A stretch of DNA of 64,000 bases from an uncultured Actinomycetes bacterium. Lineage in GTDB: Bacteria; Actinomycetota; Thermoleophilia; Gaiellales; Gaiellaceae. This document shows, one piece after another, positions 9,670 through 19,699 of this stretch (the stretch's first letter is position 1; each line of letters starts with the position of its first letter). Under the pieces are notes generated by a model, which saw nothing but the letters and a program-made list of their open reading frames with translations, was not told the DNA's origin and searched no databases. A program made the position numbers and the translations under genes. The DNA is taken from NCBI GenBank assembly GCA_963837265.1, contig CAWIMQ010000003.1:14694-78693 (forward strand). Direction: 5' to 3'.

Positions 9670-11249
9670 ATGGGAAGCTGCCGCAAGCTGCCTCTACTGA
9701 CGGTGACGGTGCTCGTACTGTTCGGAGCCGCTGCCGCAGAGCCGGGCACCCAGCAGGGACGAGCCGAGACGGTCGTCCCGCAGCCAACCGAGCTGCGGGT
9801 CAAGGTCGAGAGCGGACGAGCCTCCGGCTCTCGTGGAAGGAAATCCACGACGCCGCCGGGTACACCACCTACCTCGACGGCAAGGCCTACCCCGCCGGCA
9901 AGGAGGCGGGCACGACGATAGTCACCTGGCGAACGTTCAAGGATCTTGCGTGCGGGACGAGGCATCGCCTCCAGGTCGACGCGTTCAACCGTGCCGGCAG
10001 GCACTCGGAGAGAGCGGGCGTGACCGCAACCACGAGGCCCTGCGAGGGCGAGCCTCCGCCGCCCTCCACCGAGCCTCCGCCGCCCTCGACCGAGCCTCCG
10101 CCACCGCCCTCCGACGGCGGTCCTCCTCCTCCGCCGGGGTCCAGCTCCGCGCTCTTCGTGTCCACGTCGGGCTCGGATGCGAACCCCTGCACCCAGTCGG
10201 CGCCGTGCGCGAGCTTCGACCGCGCCTATCACGCCGCGCGGCCGGGCGCGGTCGTCGAGGTTGCGGGCGGCTCGTATCCGAGCCAGAGGGTGACCCTGGA
10301 CAGCTCGAAGGCATCGCCTGTGGTCGTCTTCCGGCCCGCATCGGGCGCGCAGGTGACGGTGAATCAGATCGTCGCCCAGGGCTCGTGGGTCGAGTTCAAC
10401 AACATGAAGGTCGCGCAGGCCTGGTCCGTGGGCCTCAACACGAACACGGTCCCGCAGTCGTCGCAGTCACGCCACGTCACGTTCCGAAACGTGACGACGC
10501 CGATCTTCTTCGTCAACGGAGCCTCGAACGTGAGCGTGATCGGCGGCTCGGTGGGGCCGACCGTCAACAACGCGAGTCAGATCAGGAACTGCTACCTGTG
10601 CAACTACTCGCCGCAGAACACCCTCGTCGACGGCGTCTACTTCCACGACTACACCCGCACCGATCCCGCGCAGCACATGGAGTGCCTGCACGTCTATCCG
10701 GCGCAGGGCTTGTCGATCCAGAACTCACGCTTCTTCAACTGCGCGATCATGGACCTCTTCTTCGCCAACTACGGAAGCGGCGGCAACCTGCGCGACATCA
10801 CGCTCGTGAACAACATGTTCAACGCTCCGGGATCGCACGCCGGGGCCCTCTCGGGCGGCTACTATCCGGTGCTCTTCGCGCCGAACGGCGGATCGATCAC
10901 GAACGTGAGCATCCTGTACAACTCGTTCAACGGGTCGTTCAACGCCAATCCCGACGGCTCCCTCGTCAACTGGGAGGCGATCGGGAACGCTTCGCTGGGC
11001 CAGGGAGGTGCGTTCTGCCTCCCCGGTGTCAGCTTCTCCCACAACGTCTTCAGCGGCGGGAAGTGCGGCTCCACCGACCGCCAGGCAAACCCCGGCTTCA
11101 TCAGCGCGTCAAGCTTCAACCTCGACCTGGCCCCAGGGGCCGCCGCGATCGACGCCGGCGATCCAAGCCGCTACCCGGGCCGCGACATCCACGGAACCGC
11201 GCGCTATCTCGGAAAGGGGCCCGACGCGGGTGCAGACGAGGCCGGATAA
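9670..11249 (+). pseudogene. Secreted protein: signal peptide, FN3-like domain, Pro-rich linker, right-handed beta-helix domain; one frame change near 9817
   Basis: ATG 9670 gives MGSCRKLPLLTVTVLVLFGAAAA (signal peptide), then ..PTELRVKVESG. The frame shifts into TSLRLSWKEIHDAAGYTTYLDGK.. (FN3-like). Next comes PPPPSTEPPPPSTEPPPPPSDGGPPPP, then FVSTSGSDANPCTQSAPCASFDRA and repeated N-x-V/I beta-helix rungs. Confidence 0.6.
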
Positions 11250-11320
11250 CGGGCCGCGTCCGCCGTGCGCGGTCGGCCATCTCGGCGGTCCGCCCGGAGC
11301 ATGCAGATCGAACTTGACCT

Positions 11321-12361
11321 GTGGTTGATTATCCACTCTGCTCACGTCGCAGCGATCGGTCACCAATAACCCTGTTGCGCACACTTACCAAGAACGTCAT
11401 CAACGCTGACGACTTCGCCGCGGTCTTTCGACAGCTTCGACGCCGCCCTCGCTGGGTCGTAGCCCGCCTTCTCCCGGGAAAGCGCCGACGAATTCGTGAC
11501 GCATGGGCACATGCCGCCGCCCCTCCAACACACTTCTGGGACGTTCCGGATGTCGTTTCGAGGACCAGACGCCTCGCGACCGGAAACGCAGCTGTCGATG
11601 TCGCTGACTATCTCACGAAGACGTATCTCCACCGTACCGGATTGAGAGGCTTGTCGCTCGGCTGTGGATCCGGGAACAAGGAAGCCCGGTGGGCGGCGAC
11701 TGGATGCTTCGCCACCCTGGCGTGCTACGACCAATCGCCGGCGCGCATCGAGCGCGCTCGCGAGCAGCACACTCACTCCGCTCTTCGGTTTGAGGTCGCC
11801 GACGCCTATCAGCTGGACTTTGAGAGCGAGGGCTTCGACGTGATCATATTCGAAGATGCGCTCCACCACTTCGCCCCCGTGGAGACAATTCTCGGACATT
11901 GTGTGCGATGGCTCGACAGGCGCGGCTACCTCTTCGTCAACGAATATACGGGCCCGCGGAAGTTCCAGTATTCAGATCGACAACTCGAGACTGCGAACGC
12001 GATTCTTGCCCTGTTGCCCGAGAACCTCCGCGTCAGCTACGAGCACGGGACAATCAAGCGACGGGTCAGACGGCCCAGCAGATTGCGAATGCGTCTCAAG
12101 GATCCGTCCGAGGCAGTCGAGTCGGATGCGATCATTCCCACCATTCACAACCTGTTCGATGTCGTGGAGGAACGAAAGCTTGGCGGGACACTCGTCAACT
12201 TGGTGCTCGATGACATCGCCCACCATTTCGGAAGCGAACGTGACTGGTTGCGTCTGATGTTCGCCGTGGAAGACGCGCTGATGTCTGTCGGCGAGATACA
12301 GAGCGACCACACACTCATCGTCGCCCGCCGTCGTCTGCAGGGCCTCGTGGGTCGCGACTGA
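11321..12361 (+). CDS. Class I SAM-dependent methyltransferase
   Basis: Uninterrupted ORF with motif I LSLGCGSGNKE, plus ..DVIIFEDALHHF.. and ..GYLFVNEY... G+C is visibly lower than in the flanks. The exact start is uncertain. Confidence 0.7.
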   Translation: MVDYPLCSRRSDRSPITLLRTLTKNVINADDFAAVFRQLRRRPRWVVARLLPGKRRRIRDAWAHAAAPPTHFWDVPDVVSRTRRLATGNAAVDVADYLTKTYLHRTGLRGLSLGCGSGNKEARWAATGCFATLACYDQSPARIERAREQHTHSALRFEVADAYQLDFESEGFDVIIFEDALHHFAPVETILGHCVRWLDRRGYLFVNEYTGPRKFQYSDRQLETANAILALLPENLRVSYEHGTIKRRVRRPSRLRMRLKDPSEAVESDAIIPTIHNLFDVVEERKLGGTLVNLVLDDIAHHFGSERDWLRLMFAVEDALMSVGEIQSDHTLIVARRRLQGLVGRD

Positions 12362-12418
12362 GCATCACGCGCCACTGGTCTCGGCGGCGTGTGATCGGCC
12401 CGGGCGGCCAAGTCTCGG

Positions 12419-13024
12419 TCAGCCGGGGAGTGACCGCTGGCCGACTCCGGCGCGCTCAGCCTGATTCTCTTCGCGGCTGACGCCGAGCGCGTCGAGGCAG
12501 GCTCGAGCGATCAGCCGGTGGCCTTCGTCGCCGGGATGGTTCATCCCGTTGACAATCAGCAGGCGCGAGTCGGTCCAGACGGACGGAACGTCGGCGAGAG
12601 GCTCGCCGGCTCCCGCAGAGCCGCGAGGTACTCGGGCGTCCGGCCGCTCAGGAGAGCGCTCCCAGTCCGGATGTGCGGGCGGCGGGGAACGAGCAACACG
12701 GACGTCGCACGCTGCCGGACTCCCCGGATGATGTGCTGGACGTTCTGCCGGTAGCGGCGCGGCTCGACGAGCACGCGGCGCCGCAGCCGAGACCGCCCGA
12801 GCGTCTGGTCGTTCATCCCATAGCTGATGACCACCAAGATCGGGGCGGGAGGCGTGCGCCAAAATAGGCGCACCATCGGCACCCGTCTCGCTCGTAGCGC
12901 CGCCCCGACACAAGTACGTGGTGCTCGCCCCGAAGTGCGCAGCGAGGATGCCGACGAACGAACGGGCCGGCACGGTCGCCTCGTCTCCGCGGGCAATCGA
13001 GTCCCCGAGAACGAGCAATTCCAC
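12419..13024 (-). pseudogene. SGNH/GDSL-family hydrolase; frame-disrupted as assembled
   Basis: GTG 13024 gives VELLVLGDSIARG (block I, GDS). ..VVISYGMNDQ.. (block III) lies in a second frame. ..NGMNHPGDEGHRLIA.. (block V, DxxH) lies in the frame of ORF 12419..13162. Confidence 0.6.
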
Positions 13025-13100
13025 CGGCGGAGTGTACAAAGTGCCCGCCGGCCACCAGACGCGAGCCCGAGCGCCGGGTTCTCGCTCCCCGACCGCTCGC

Positions 13101-13627
13101 TCAGCGCGCGGGCCGGCCCTGGCCCGCCTCGGCCGCCACGGCGTCTGCCGTCGCCCGCGCACGTGCCGGGTTTCCGACGACTACCTCGCCCGGGCGACGT
13201 CCCGCGTGACGACCGCCCGGCGCCGACGAGGGCGCGAGGCGCCGATGCGGACGCCGCCGAGAACGACCGCACCGGAGCCGATCGACGCGCCTCGCTCGAC
13301 CACCGTCTGGAGCAGCGCCCAGTCCTGCTCGGTCTGCAGCCCGCCGTCCTCGGTAGTCGCCCGGGGCACCTTGTCGTTGACGAACATCACGCCGTGGCCG
13401 ACGAAGACCTCGTCCTCGATCTCGACGCCGTCGCAGACGAACGTGTGGCTCTGGATCTTGCAGCGGGCGCCGATCGACGCTCCGCGCTGGATCTCGACGA
13501 AGGGGCCGACCCGCGTCTCGTCGCCGATCCGGCAGCCGTAGAGGTTCGTGAACGGGTGGACGATCACGCCCTCCCCGAACTCGACGTCGGTGATCAGCCG
13601 GTACGGGCGCGTCGTTGGCGGGCGCAG
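13101..13627 (-). pseudogene. Left-handed beta-helix (hexapeptide-repeat) sugar N-acetyltransferase; frame change near the 3' end
   Basis: ..VIVHPFTNLYGCRIGDETRVGPFVEIQRGASIGARCKIQSHTFVCDGVEIEDEVFVGHGVMFVND.. The C-terminus ..VVTRDVAPGEVVVGNPAR.. continues in the frame that stops at 13101. The gene starts directly after the aminotransferase stop. Confidence 0.65.
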
Positions 13628-14762
13628 TCAGCCACCGTCGAAGTAGTCCCGACGGCCTCGGCGACGCGCTCGACCTGCTCCTCGCGTGATGCCCGGGAAG
13701 ATCGGCAGCGAGAGTGCCTCGCCGGCGAGGCCTCCGTGACGGGGAATCGCCCGGCCGCGTAGCCGAGCCGGGCGTACGCCCGCGATCAGATGGACCGGCT
13801 CGGGTAGTGGCGGCCCGTGCCGATGCCCGCGCTCGCGAGATGCGCGGCCAGGGCGTCGCGGTCGGCGTGCGGACGACGAACAGGTGCCACACGGGCTCGC
13901 TCCCCGCCGGCACCGGCGGGAGGCGCGAGGTCGCCGACGCCGTCGAGCGCGCTCGCGTAGAAAGCGGCCGCGCCCGGCGCCGCTCCTCGTTCCAGCCGTC
14001 GAGCAGCGGGAGCTTGCGGAGAGCACGAGCGCCTGGATCGTGTCGAGCCGCGCCGTGTAGCCCTCGAATCGTGCCGGTACTTCTCGCGCTGGCCGTGCTC
14101 GCGGAGGGCACGCAGCCGCCGCGAGCCCGGCGTCGTCGGTCACGAGCGCGCCGGCGTCGCCGAACGCGCCGAGGTTCTTCCCCGGGTAGAAGCTGAACGC
14201 CGCCGGCGAGGCCGGACGAGCCCGCGCGAAGGCCCTCCGCGCTCGGCGCCGTGCGCCTGGCAGGCGTCCTCGACGATCGCGAGCCTCCGTGCGTCGGCGA
14301 GCTCGCGCGAGCGCCGCCATGTCGGCCATCTGGCCGTAGAGGTGCACCGGCATGCACGAAGCGCGTGCGCGCGCTGGCGGCCGCGGCCGCCGCGGCCGGG
14401 TCGAGGCAGTAGTCCGCTCGCTCGATGTCGACGAGGACGGGGCCGCCGCCGGCCTGGGTCGACCGCCTCGAGCGGTGGCGACGAACGTGATCGCGGGGAC
14501 GATCACCTCGTCGCCCGGCTCGAGCCCCGGCCGCGAGGAGCGCGAGCCGGAGCGCGTCGAGCCCGCTCGCGACCCCGACGCAATCGGCCGCCCCGCAATA
14601 CAGCGCGAACGCCTGCTCGAACGCGGCCACCTGGGGCCCGTTCGTGAAGGCCCCGGAGTCGACGAGCCTCGCCAGCTCGGCGAGAATCGCCTCCTTCAGC
14701 CCTGCATGAGACGGCGCGAGGTCCAGAAACGGGACGTCGCTGCGCACGAGTCCGACGCTCAT
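13628..14762 (-). pseudogene. DegT/DnrJ/EryC1/StrS-family sugar aminotransferase; frame-disrupted as assembled
   Basis: ATG 14762 gives MSVGLVRSDVPFLDLAPSHAGLKEAILAELARLVDSGAFTNGPQVAAFEQAFALYCGAADCVGVASGLDALRLAL. This is followed by ..VIVPAITFVAT.. and the C-terminus ..LSLPIFPGIT.. in other frames. Confidence 0.8.
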
Positions 14763-14798
14763 CGGCCAACCTCTGGCCCGTGAGAGGGGCGGGCCCCA

Positions 14799-14818
14799 GG
14801 GGAACCGGGAGGTTCCCC
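14799..14818. repeat. Perfect hairpin GGGGAACC-ggga-GGTTCCCC in the divergent intergenic region
   Basis: It has an 8-bp stem and a 4-nt loop, and lies 37 nt upstream of the aminotransferase ATG. Near-identical arms recur at 55149-55169. Confidence 0.6.
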
Positions 14819-15074
14819 GACGGAATCGGCCTCTGGAAGAAGGGGGCACGTGGGGGAAACTTGGCTCGCTCCACGGGAGCGAGCGGAAGGCGAGCGACGC
14901 TCATGCAGCCACCTATAGCAGCACCCCCTTTTCCGAGGTACTCGCCGAAAGGCTAGGCCCCCTCGACGGCGGAACGGTCTTTCGAGCCGGGGCTGGAAAC
15001 GAGGGCGCGCTGCTCGTACGTTGCTCTCCTGAGGGCGTTGGTGACACCGCGGGTCAGGCGTCTAGAGGGAGGGG

Positions 15075-16630
15075 ATGAGAGACATACAAGATTCGAGTGG
15101 CGATCCCGCCGAAGCGGGCCAGCCGGGGGTGGTCGCACCGGCGGACGGCGCGAGCGGCGCCGCGGTCGCACTCTCCCCGCCGTACCTCCGGCTTCGTTCC
15201 GAGGCGGGCGCCGACCGCGGGCGAGGCTGGCTGCTCCATCGCGCGCTCCTCGTCGCCGACCTTTGCGGGCTCGGCCTGGCGTTCTTCCTCGCTCAGCTCT
15301 TCTTCGAGCCTCCGGGAAGCACGCGCGACGTCGTCTCGCCGGGCGTCGAGGCGCTCGTCTTCGCGCTCAGCCTGCCGATCTGGATCTTGATCGCCAAGCT
15401 GTAGCGGCCTCTACGGCCGGGACGGGGAGCGGGCCGACCACTCGACGGTCGACGACCTGTCGGCGTCTTCCACTTCGTCACGATCGGCGGTGGATCTCGT
15501 CACGGGCACTGGCTCACGCGGATCGCCGCCCGAACCCCCGAGAAGCGTCGCGTTCTGGGTGCTCGCGATCGGGCTCGTCATCGTCGCCCGCGCGCGTCGC
15601 GCGGCGATCGCGCGCCGAAGCAAGACGTACCTCCAGAACACGTCATCGTCGGCGCGGGCGACGTCGGCCAGCTGGTGGCGCGAAAGCTCCTGCAGCATCC
15701 GGAGTACGGCATCGACCTCGTCGGGTTCGTCGACACGCACCCAGGAGCGTCGCCCGGAGCTCGACCACGTGCGCCTCCTCGGGGTCGCCGGACACCTCCC
15801 CGCTCGTCGAGCACTCGACGTCGAGCGCGTGATCGTCGCCTACTCGAACGACTCGCCACGAGCAGCTGCTCGACGCTCGTCCGCACGCTGGGCGGAGCTC
15901 GAGTGCAGATCGACATCGTCCCGCGCCTGTTCGAGGCCGTCGGCCCAGCGTCGACATCCACACGGTCGAGGGGCTGCCGCTGTCGGGCTGCCGCCGGCGC
16001 GCCTCTCGCCGGTCGCGCGGCTCGCTCAAGCGCGCCGATGGACATGACGGCGCCGCGATCGGCCTGATCTCACGGCGCCGCTCTTCGTCTACATCGCCGT
16101 TGCGGATCAAGCGGGACTCGCCGGGCCCCGTCTTCTTCCGCCAGGTGCGGCTCGGGCCTGGACAGCGCGAGTTCACGGTGCTCAAGTTCCGGACGATGCA
16201 CGTGGGCGGTCGACGACGGAGCACCGCGAGTACATCGAGTCGACGATGGCTCGCCGCGCCCGCCGACGCGAACGGGCTCTACAAGCTCGACGCGAGACGA
16301 CACGATCACTCCTTCGGGCGCTGGCTCCGCAGGACGAGCCTCGACGAGCTTCCCCAGCTGATCAACGTCCTCGAACGGAGAGATGTCGCCGTCGGGCCGC
16401 GGCCCTGCATCCCGCTACGAGATCGAGAGCTTCGAGCCCACCACTTCGAGCGCTTCCTCGTGCCCGCGGGCATGACCGGCCTCTGGCAGGTCACGGCCCG
16501 CGCGCACTCCAGTTCGGCGAGGCGCTCGACATGGACGTCGCCTATGCCCGCGGCTGGTCGTTCGGCCTCGATCTGCGCCTGCTCTGCCGCACGCCGCTGG
16601 CCCTCCTCCGGCAGGCGAGCGACGGCATGA
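15075..16630 (+). pseudogene. Polyprenyl-phosphate sugar phosphotransferase (WbaP/bacterial sugar transferase family); many frame changes
   Basis: N-terminal TM region ..LLVADLCGLGLAFFLAQLFF.. Central ..VIVGAGDVGQLVARKLLQHPEYGIDLVGFVD.. C-terminal catalytic domain ..KRDSPGPVFFRQVRLG..REFTVLKFRTM.., ..SLDELPQLINVL.. and ..PAGMTGLWQV... The stop overlaps the next ATG (ATGA at 16627). Confidence 0.75.
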
Positions 16631-17673
16631 CGGACGGACGGCGGTCGCGAGATCGGCGTCGGTCGGGCCTCGGCTACTGGGGGCCGAACCTCGTCCGAAA
16701 CCTGAACGAGCTCCGGAGCCGACGTCGCGTATGTCTGCGACCTCCGGCCGCGACGGCCTCGAGCGGATCGGCCGCCGCTATCCGGCGATCCGGAGACGAC
16801 GAGCTTCGACGAGGTGCTCGCCGACCCGGCCGTGGACGCGGTCGCGATCGCGACCGCCGGTCTCGACCCACTACGAGCTGGCCCGGCAGGCGCTCGAGGC
16901 GGGAAAGCACGTCTTCGTCGAGAAGCCGCTGGCGGGGTCCGCCGAGGAGGCCGTGAGCCTGATGCGCGCTCGCGCGCGAGAGCGGGCTCGTGCTGATGCC
17001 CGGGCCACACGTTCCTGTACAGCCCGCCGGTCAACAAGATTCGCGAGCTGATCGCCTCCGGCGAGCTCGGCGACATCTACTCGATCTCGACGAGCCGGGT
17101 GAACCTCGGGTTGCACCAGCCGGACGTGAGCGTGGTCTGGGACCTCGCTCCCCACGACTTCTCGATCCTCCGCTACTGGCTCGGGGAGACCCCGACGTAC
17201 GTGGCGGCGCTACGAGAGGCTGCATCATCCCCGACACGCCCGACGTCGCCTTCATCAACCTCGAGTACCCGTCCTGGACGATCGCCCACGTCGAGCTCTC
17301 GTGGCTCGCCCCCAGCAAGCTCCGGCGGACGACCGTGGTCGGCTCGCGCAAGATGGTCGTCTACGACGACACGAGCCCGGAGCCGGTGCGGATGTTCGAC
17401 TTCGGCGTGACGCTCGCGCGACCCGGAGACGTTCGGCGAGTACCAGCTCACCTACCGGACCGGCGACATCGTCTCCCCGCGCATCGACGCCGCCGAGCCC
17501 CTCCACCTCGAGCTGGCCGACTTCTGCGCCGCGGTCCTGACCGGGTGACACCGCGGTCGACCGCCGAGCTCGGCATCGACGTCGTCCGCATGATCGAGGC
17601 GGTGGAGTCGTCCCTCGAGCAGAACGGCGTCCGGGTCGAGCTGGCGGAGGCCGGAGCCGGCACCGGCACCTGA
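16627..17673 (+). pseudogene. Gfo/Idh/MocA-family sugar-nucleotide dehydrogenase (WbpB-like); frame-disrupted as assembled
   Basis: ..GLGYWGPNLVRNLNEL.., ..AVDAVAIAT.., ..HYELARQALEAGKHVFVEKPLAGSAEEA.., ..DLAPHDFSILRYWLGE.. and ..AFINLEYPSWTIAHVELSWLAPSKLRRTTVVGSRKMVVYDD.. lie in successive frames. Confidence 0.75.
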
Positions 17674-17708
17674 CACCAGGCGACGGGGGGAACCAGGGTG
17701 CGACGCTC

Positions 17709-18353
17709 ATGACTCGGGCGACGAGCAGCGACCGCGCCGGCCGCGTGCGCGCCGGATGGGTCGGGCCTGCGTTTCTCGGGCTCTACCGCCTCGCGGTCCG
17801 GGCCCGGGACCGGACGTTCTCGACGCTCGCGGCCGGCGGCTTCGCAGCGTACGGACGCCGCTCGGTCATCCAGCTGCCGGTCCGTCTGAGCGGAGAGTCC
17901 AGGATCGCGATCGGGCACGACGTCTTCATCGGCGCGGGGTCCTGGCTCCAGGTGCTCCCGGGCGCCGCGGAGACAGTCGCGATCGACGTCGGGGACGGCA
18001 CGTCCGCCGCGGGCGGCTGTGTGCTGTCGGCGGCGCAGTCCATTCACATCGGCAGGCGCGTGCTGATGGCGCGGAACGTCTACGTCGCCGATCACATGCA
18101 CGCCTTCGAGGACACCCGCGAGGCGGTGCTCGACCAGGGCGTCGACCGCGTCGCGCCGGTCGAGATCGGCGACGGCGCCTGGCTCGGACAGAACGTGGTC
18201 GTCGGGCCGGGCGTTCGCATCGGGCACGGAGCCGTCGTCGGTGCCAACTCCGTCGTGCTCGAGGACATCCCCGACTTCACGGTCGCGGTCGGCGCGCCGG
18301 CGCGGGTGATCCGCAGCATCGCCCAGGAAGCCACCCGGGCGGTCGCGCGGTGA
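17709..18353 (+). CDS. Hexapeptide-repeat (LbH) acetyltransferase
   Basis: Uninterrupted ORF with ..IGHDVFIGAGSWL.., ..IGDGAWLGQNVVVGPGVRIGHGAVVGANSVVLEDIPDFTVAVGAPARVI... The stop overlaps the next GTG (GTGA at 18350). Confidence 0.75.
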   Translation: MTRATSSDRAGRVRAGWVGPAFLGLYRLAVRARDRTFSTLAAGGFAAYGRRSVIQLPVRLSGESRIAIGHDVFIGAGSWLQVLPGAAETVAIDVGDGTSAAGGCVLSAAQSIHIGRRVLMARNVYVADHMHAFEDTREAVLDQGVDRVAPVEIGDGAWLGQNVVVGPGVRIGHGAVVGANSVVLEDIPDFTVAVGAPARVIRSIAQEATRAVAR

Positions 18354-19699
18354 GCCGGCCGCTCGTCCACGCGTACTACTTCCCTCCGATCGGGGGAGCG
18401 GGAGCGCAGCGACCGGCGAAGCTCGTCCGCTACCTCCACGAGCTGGGACACTCGCCGGCGGTCCTGACCGGTAGCGGCGAGGCCCGGGGCCGCTGGACCC
18501 CCCGTGACGAGACGCTCGGGCGGGAGATCCCGGCGGGCGTCGACATCCACCGGGCCGAGGGCCAGCCTCCGGAGCCGCCCAGATGGCAGGCGCGGACCGA
18601 GCGGTGGCTGGGGTTCCACAGCAACTGGCAGCGCTGGTGGGTCGAGCAGTCGGTCGCGCTCGGCCGCGAGTTCGAGGACGTCGACGTCCTCTACACCGTG
18701 ATGTCCCCCTACTCGTCGGCGCTGGCGGCTTCGCGGCTGAGCCGGGAGCTGGGCAAGCCCTGGATCGCCGACCTGGGCGATCCGTGGGCGCTGGACGAGA
18801 TGATGATCTACCCGACCAGGCTCCACCGCCGCTGGGAGCTGCGCCGGATGCGCCGGCTGCTCGGCACCGCCGCCGCGATCGTGACCACCACCTCCGAGGC
18901 CGCCCGCAAGCTGCGACAGGAGTTCCCCGAGCTCGCAGACCGGCCGATCGTCTCCATCCCCTGCGGGTTCGACCCGGGCGACTTCGCCGGGCCGGAGCCG
19001 AAACGAGACGACCGCGCCTTCCGGATCGTCCACACCGGCTACCTGCACACCGAGCTCGGCCGGCAGCAGCAACACGCCTCCCTCCCCCGCCGCCTGCTCG
19101 GCGGCGGCACCGCCGGCGTCGACATCCTCACCCGCTCCCACCTCTTCCTGCTCCAGGCGGTCGAGCGGCTGATCGCCGACAACCCCAGCCTCGCCTCCAC
19201 GATCGAGATCCACCTCGCCGGCGTCCTCTCCCCCACCGACCGCGAGGCCGCAGCACGCTCCCCGGTCGTCCGCACCCCCGGCTACCTCACCCACGCCGAG
19301 ACGGTCACGCTGATGCGCTCCGCCGACCTGCTCTTCCTGCCGATGCAGAACCTGCCCCCCGGCATCCGCTCCGGCACCGTCCCCGGCAAGACCTACGAAT
19401 ACCTCGCCTCCGGACGCCCGATCCTCGCCGCCGTCCCCGAAGGCGACGCCCGCGACCTCCTCCTCCAGGCCGGCACCGCCCACATCTGCCAACCCGACGA
19501 CACCGACGCGATCGCCGCCGTCATCGCCGCGCAGATGTCCCGCGACGCCAGGCTGCCCGGGCTCGACAGCCGGTTCATCCGGAAGTTCGAGTATCAGCGC
19601 CTCTCGGAGCACGTCGCGGAGCTGATCGACCACGTCGTCGAACGACCGGGACGCCGTCCTCGGGCTCGACAGGCGCTCGGCCAGCCGGCGATCACTGCG
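18350..19699 (+). CDS. GT-B fold (family 4-like) glycosyltransferase, paralogue 1; no in-frame stop before paralogue 2
   Basis: VSRPLVHAYYFPPIGGAGAQRPAKLVRYLHELGH.., ..GDPWALDEMM.., ..VPGKTYEYLASGRPILA... The frame reads through into the N-terminus of the next paralogue. The 3' limit is set arbitrarily at the ATG at 19700. Confidence 0.6.
18724..19520 (+). repeat. Direct repeat copy A (core of glycosyltransferase paralogue 1)
   Basis: Aligns base-for-base with 20130-20926 (offset 1406). I count 5 mismatches over about 797 nt. The flanks on both sides are much more diverged. Confidence 0.9.

Noticed and set aside
14951-14956. Additional GGCTAG / CTAG-containing strings (14951-14956 upstream of the sugar transferase; 22728-22734 between the PPTase and SDR genes) as further copies of the conserved module
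   Set aside because: Neither has the CCAAyGTyGCGTAGGC core at the required 20-23 nt distance, nor the CTAGCATC box. They were not counted.
17756-18349. Upstream extension of the glycosyltransferase ORF (17756..19948) across the acetyltransferase gene
   Set aside because: It overlaps the motif-rich LbH acetyltransferase in another frame. The GT homology (YYFPPIGGAGAQR) starts right after the GTG at 18350, which overlaps the acetyltransferase stop.
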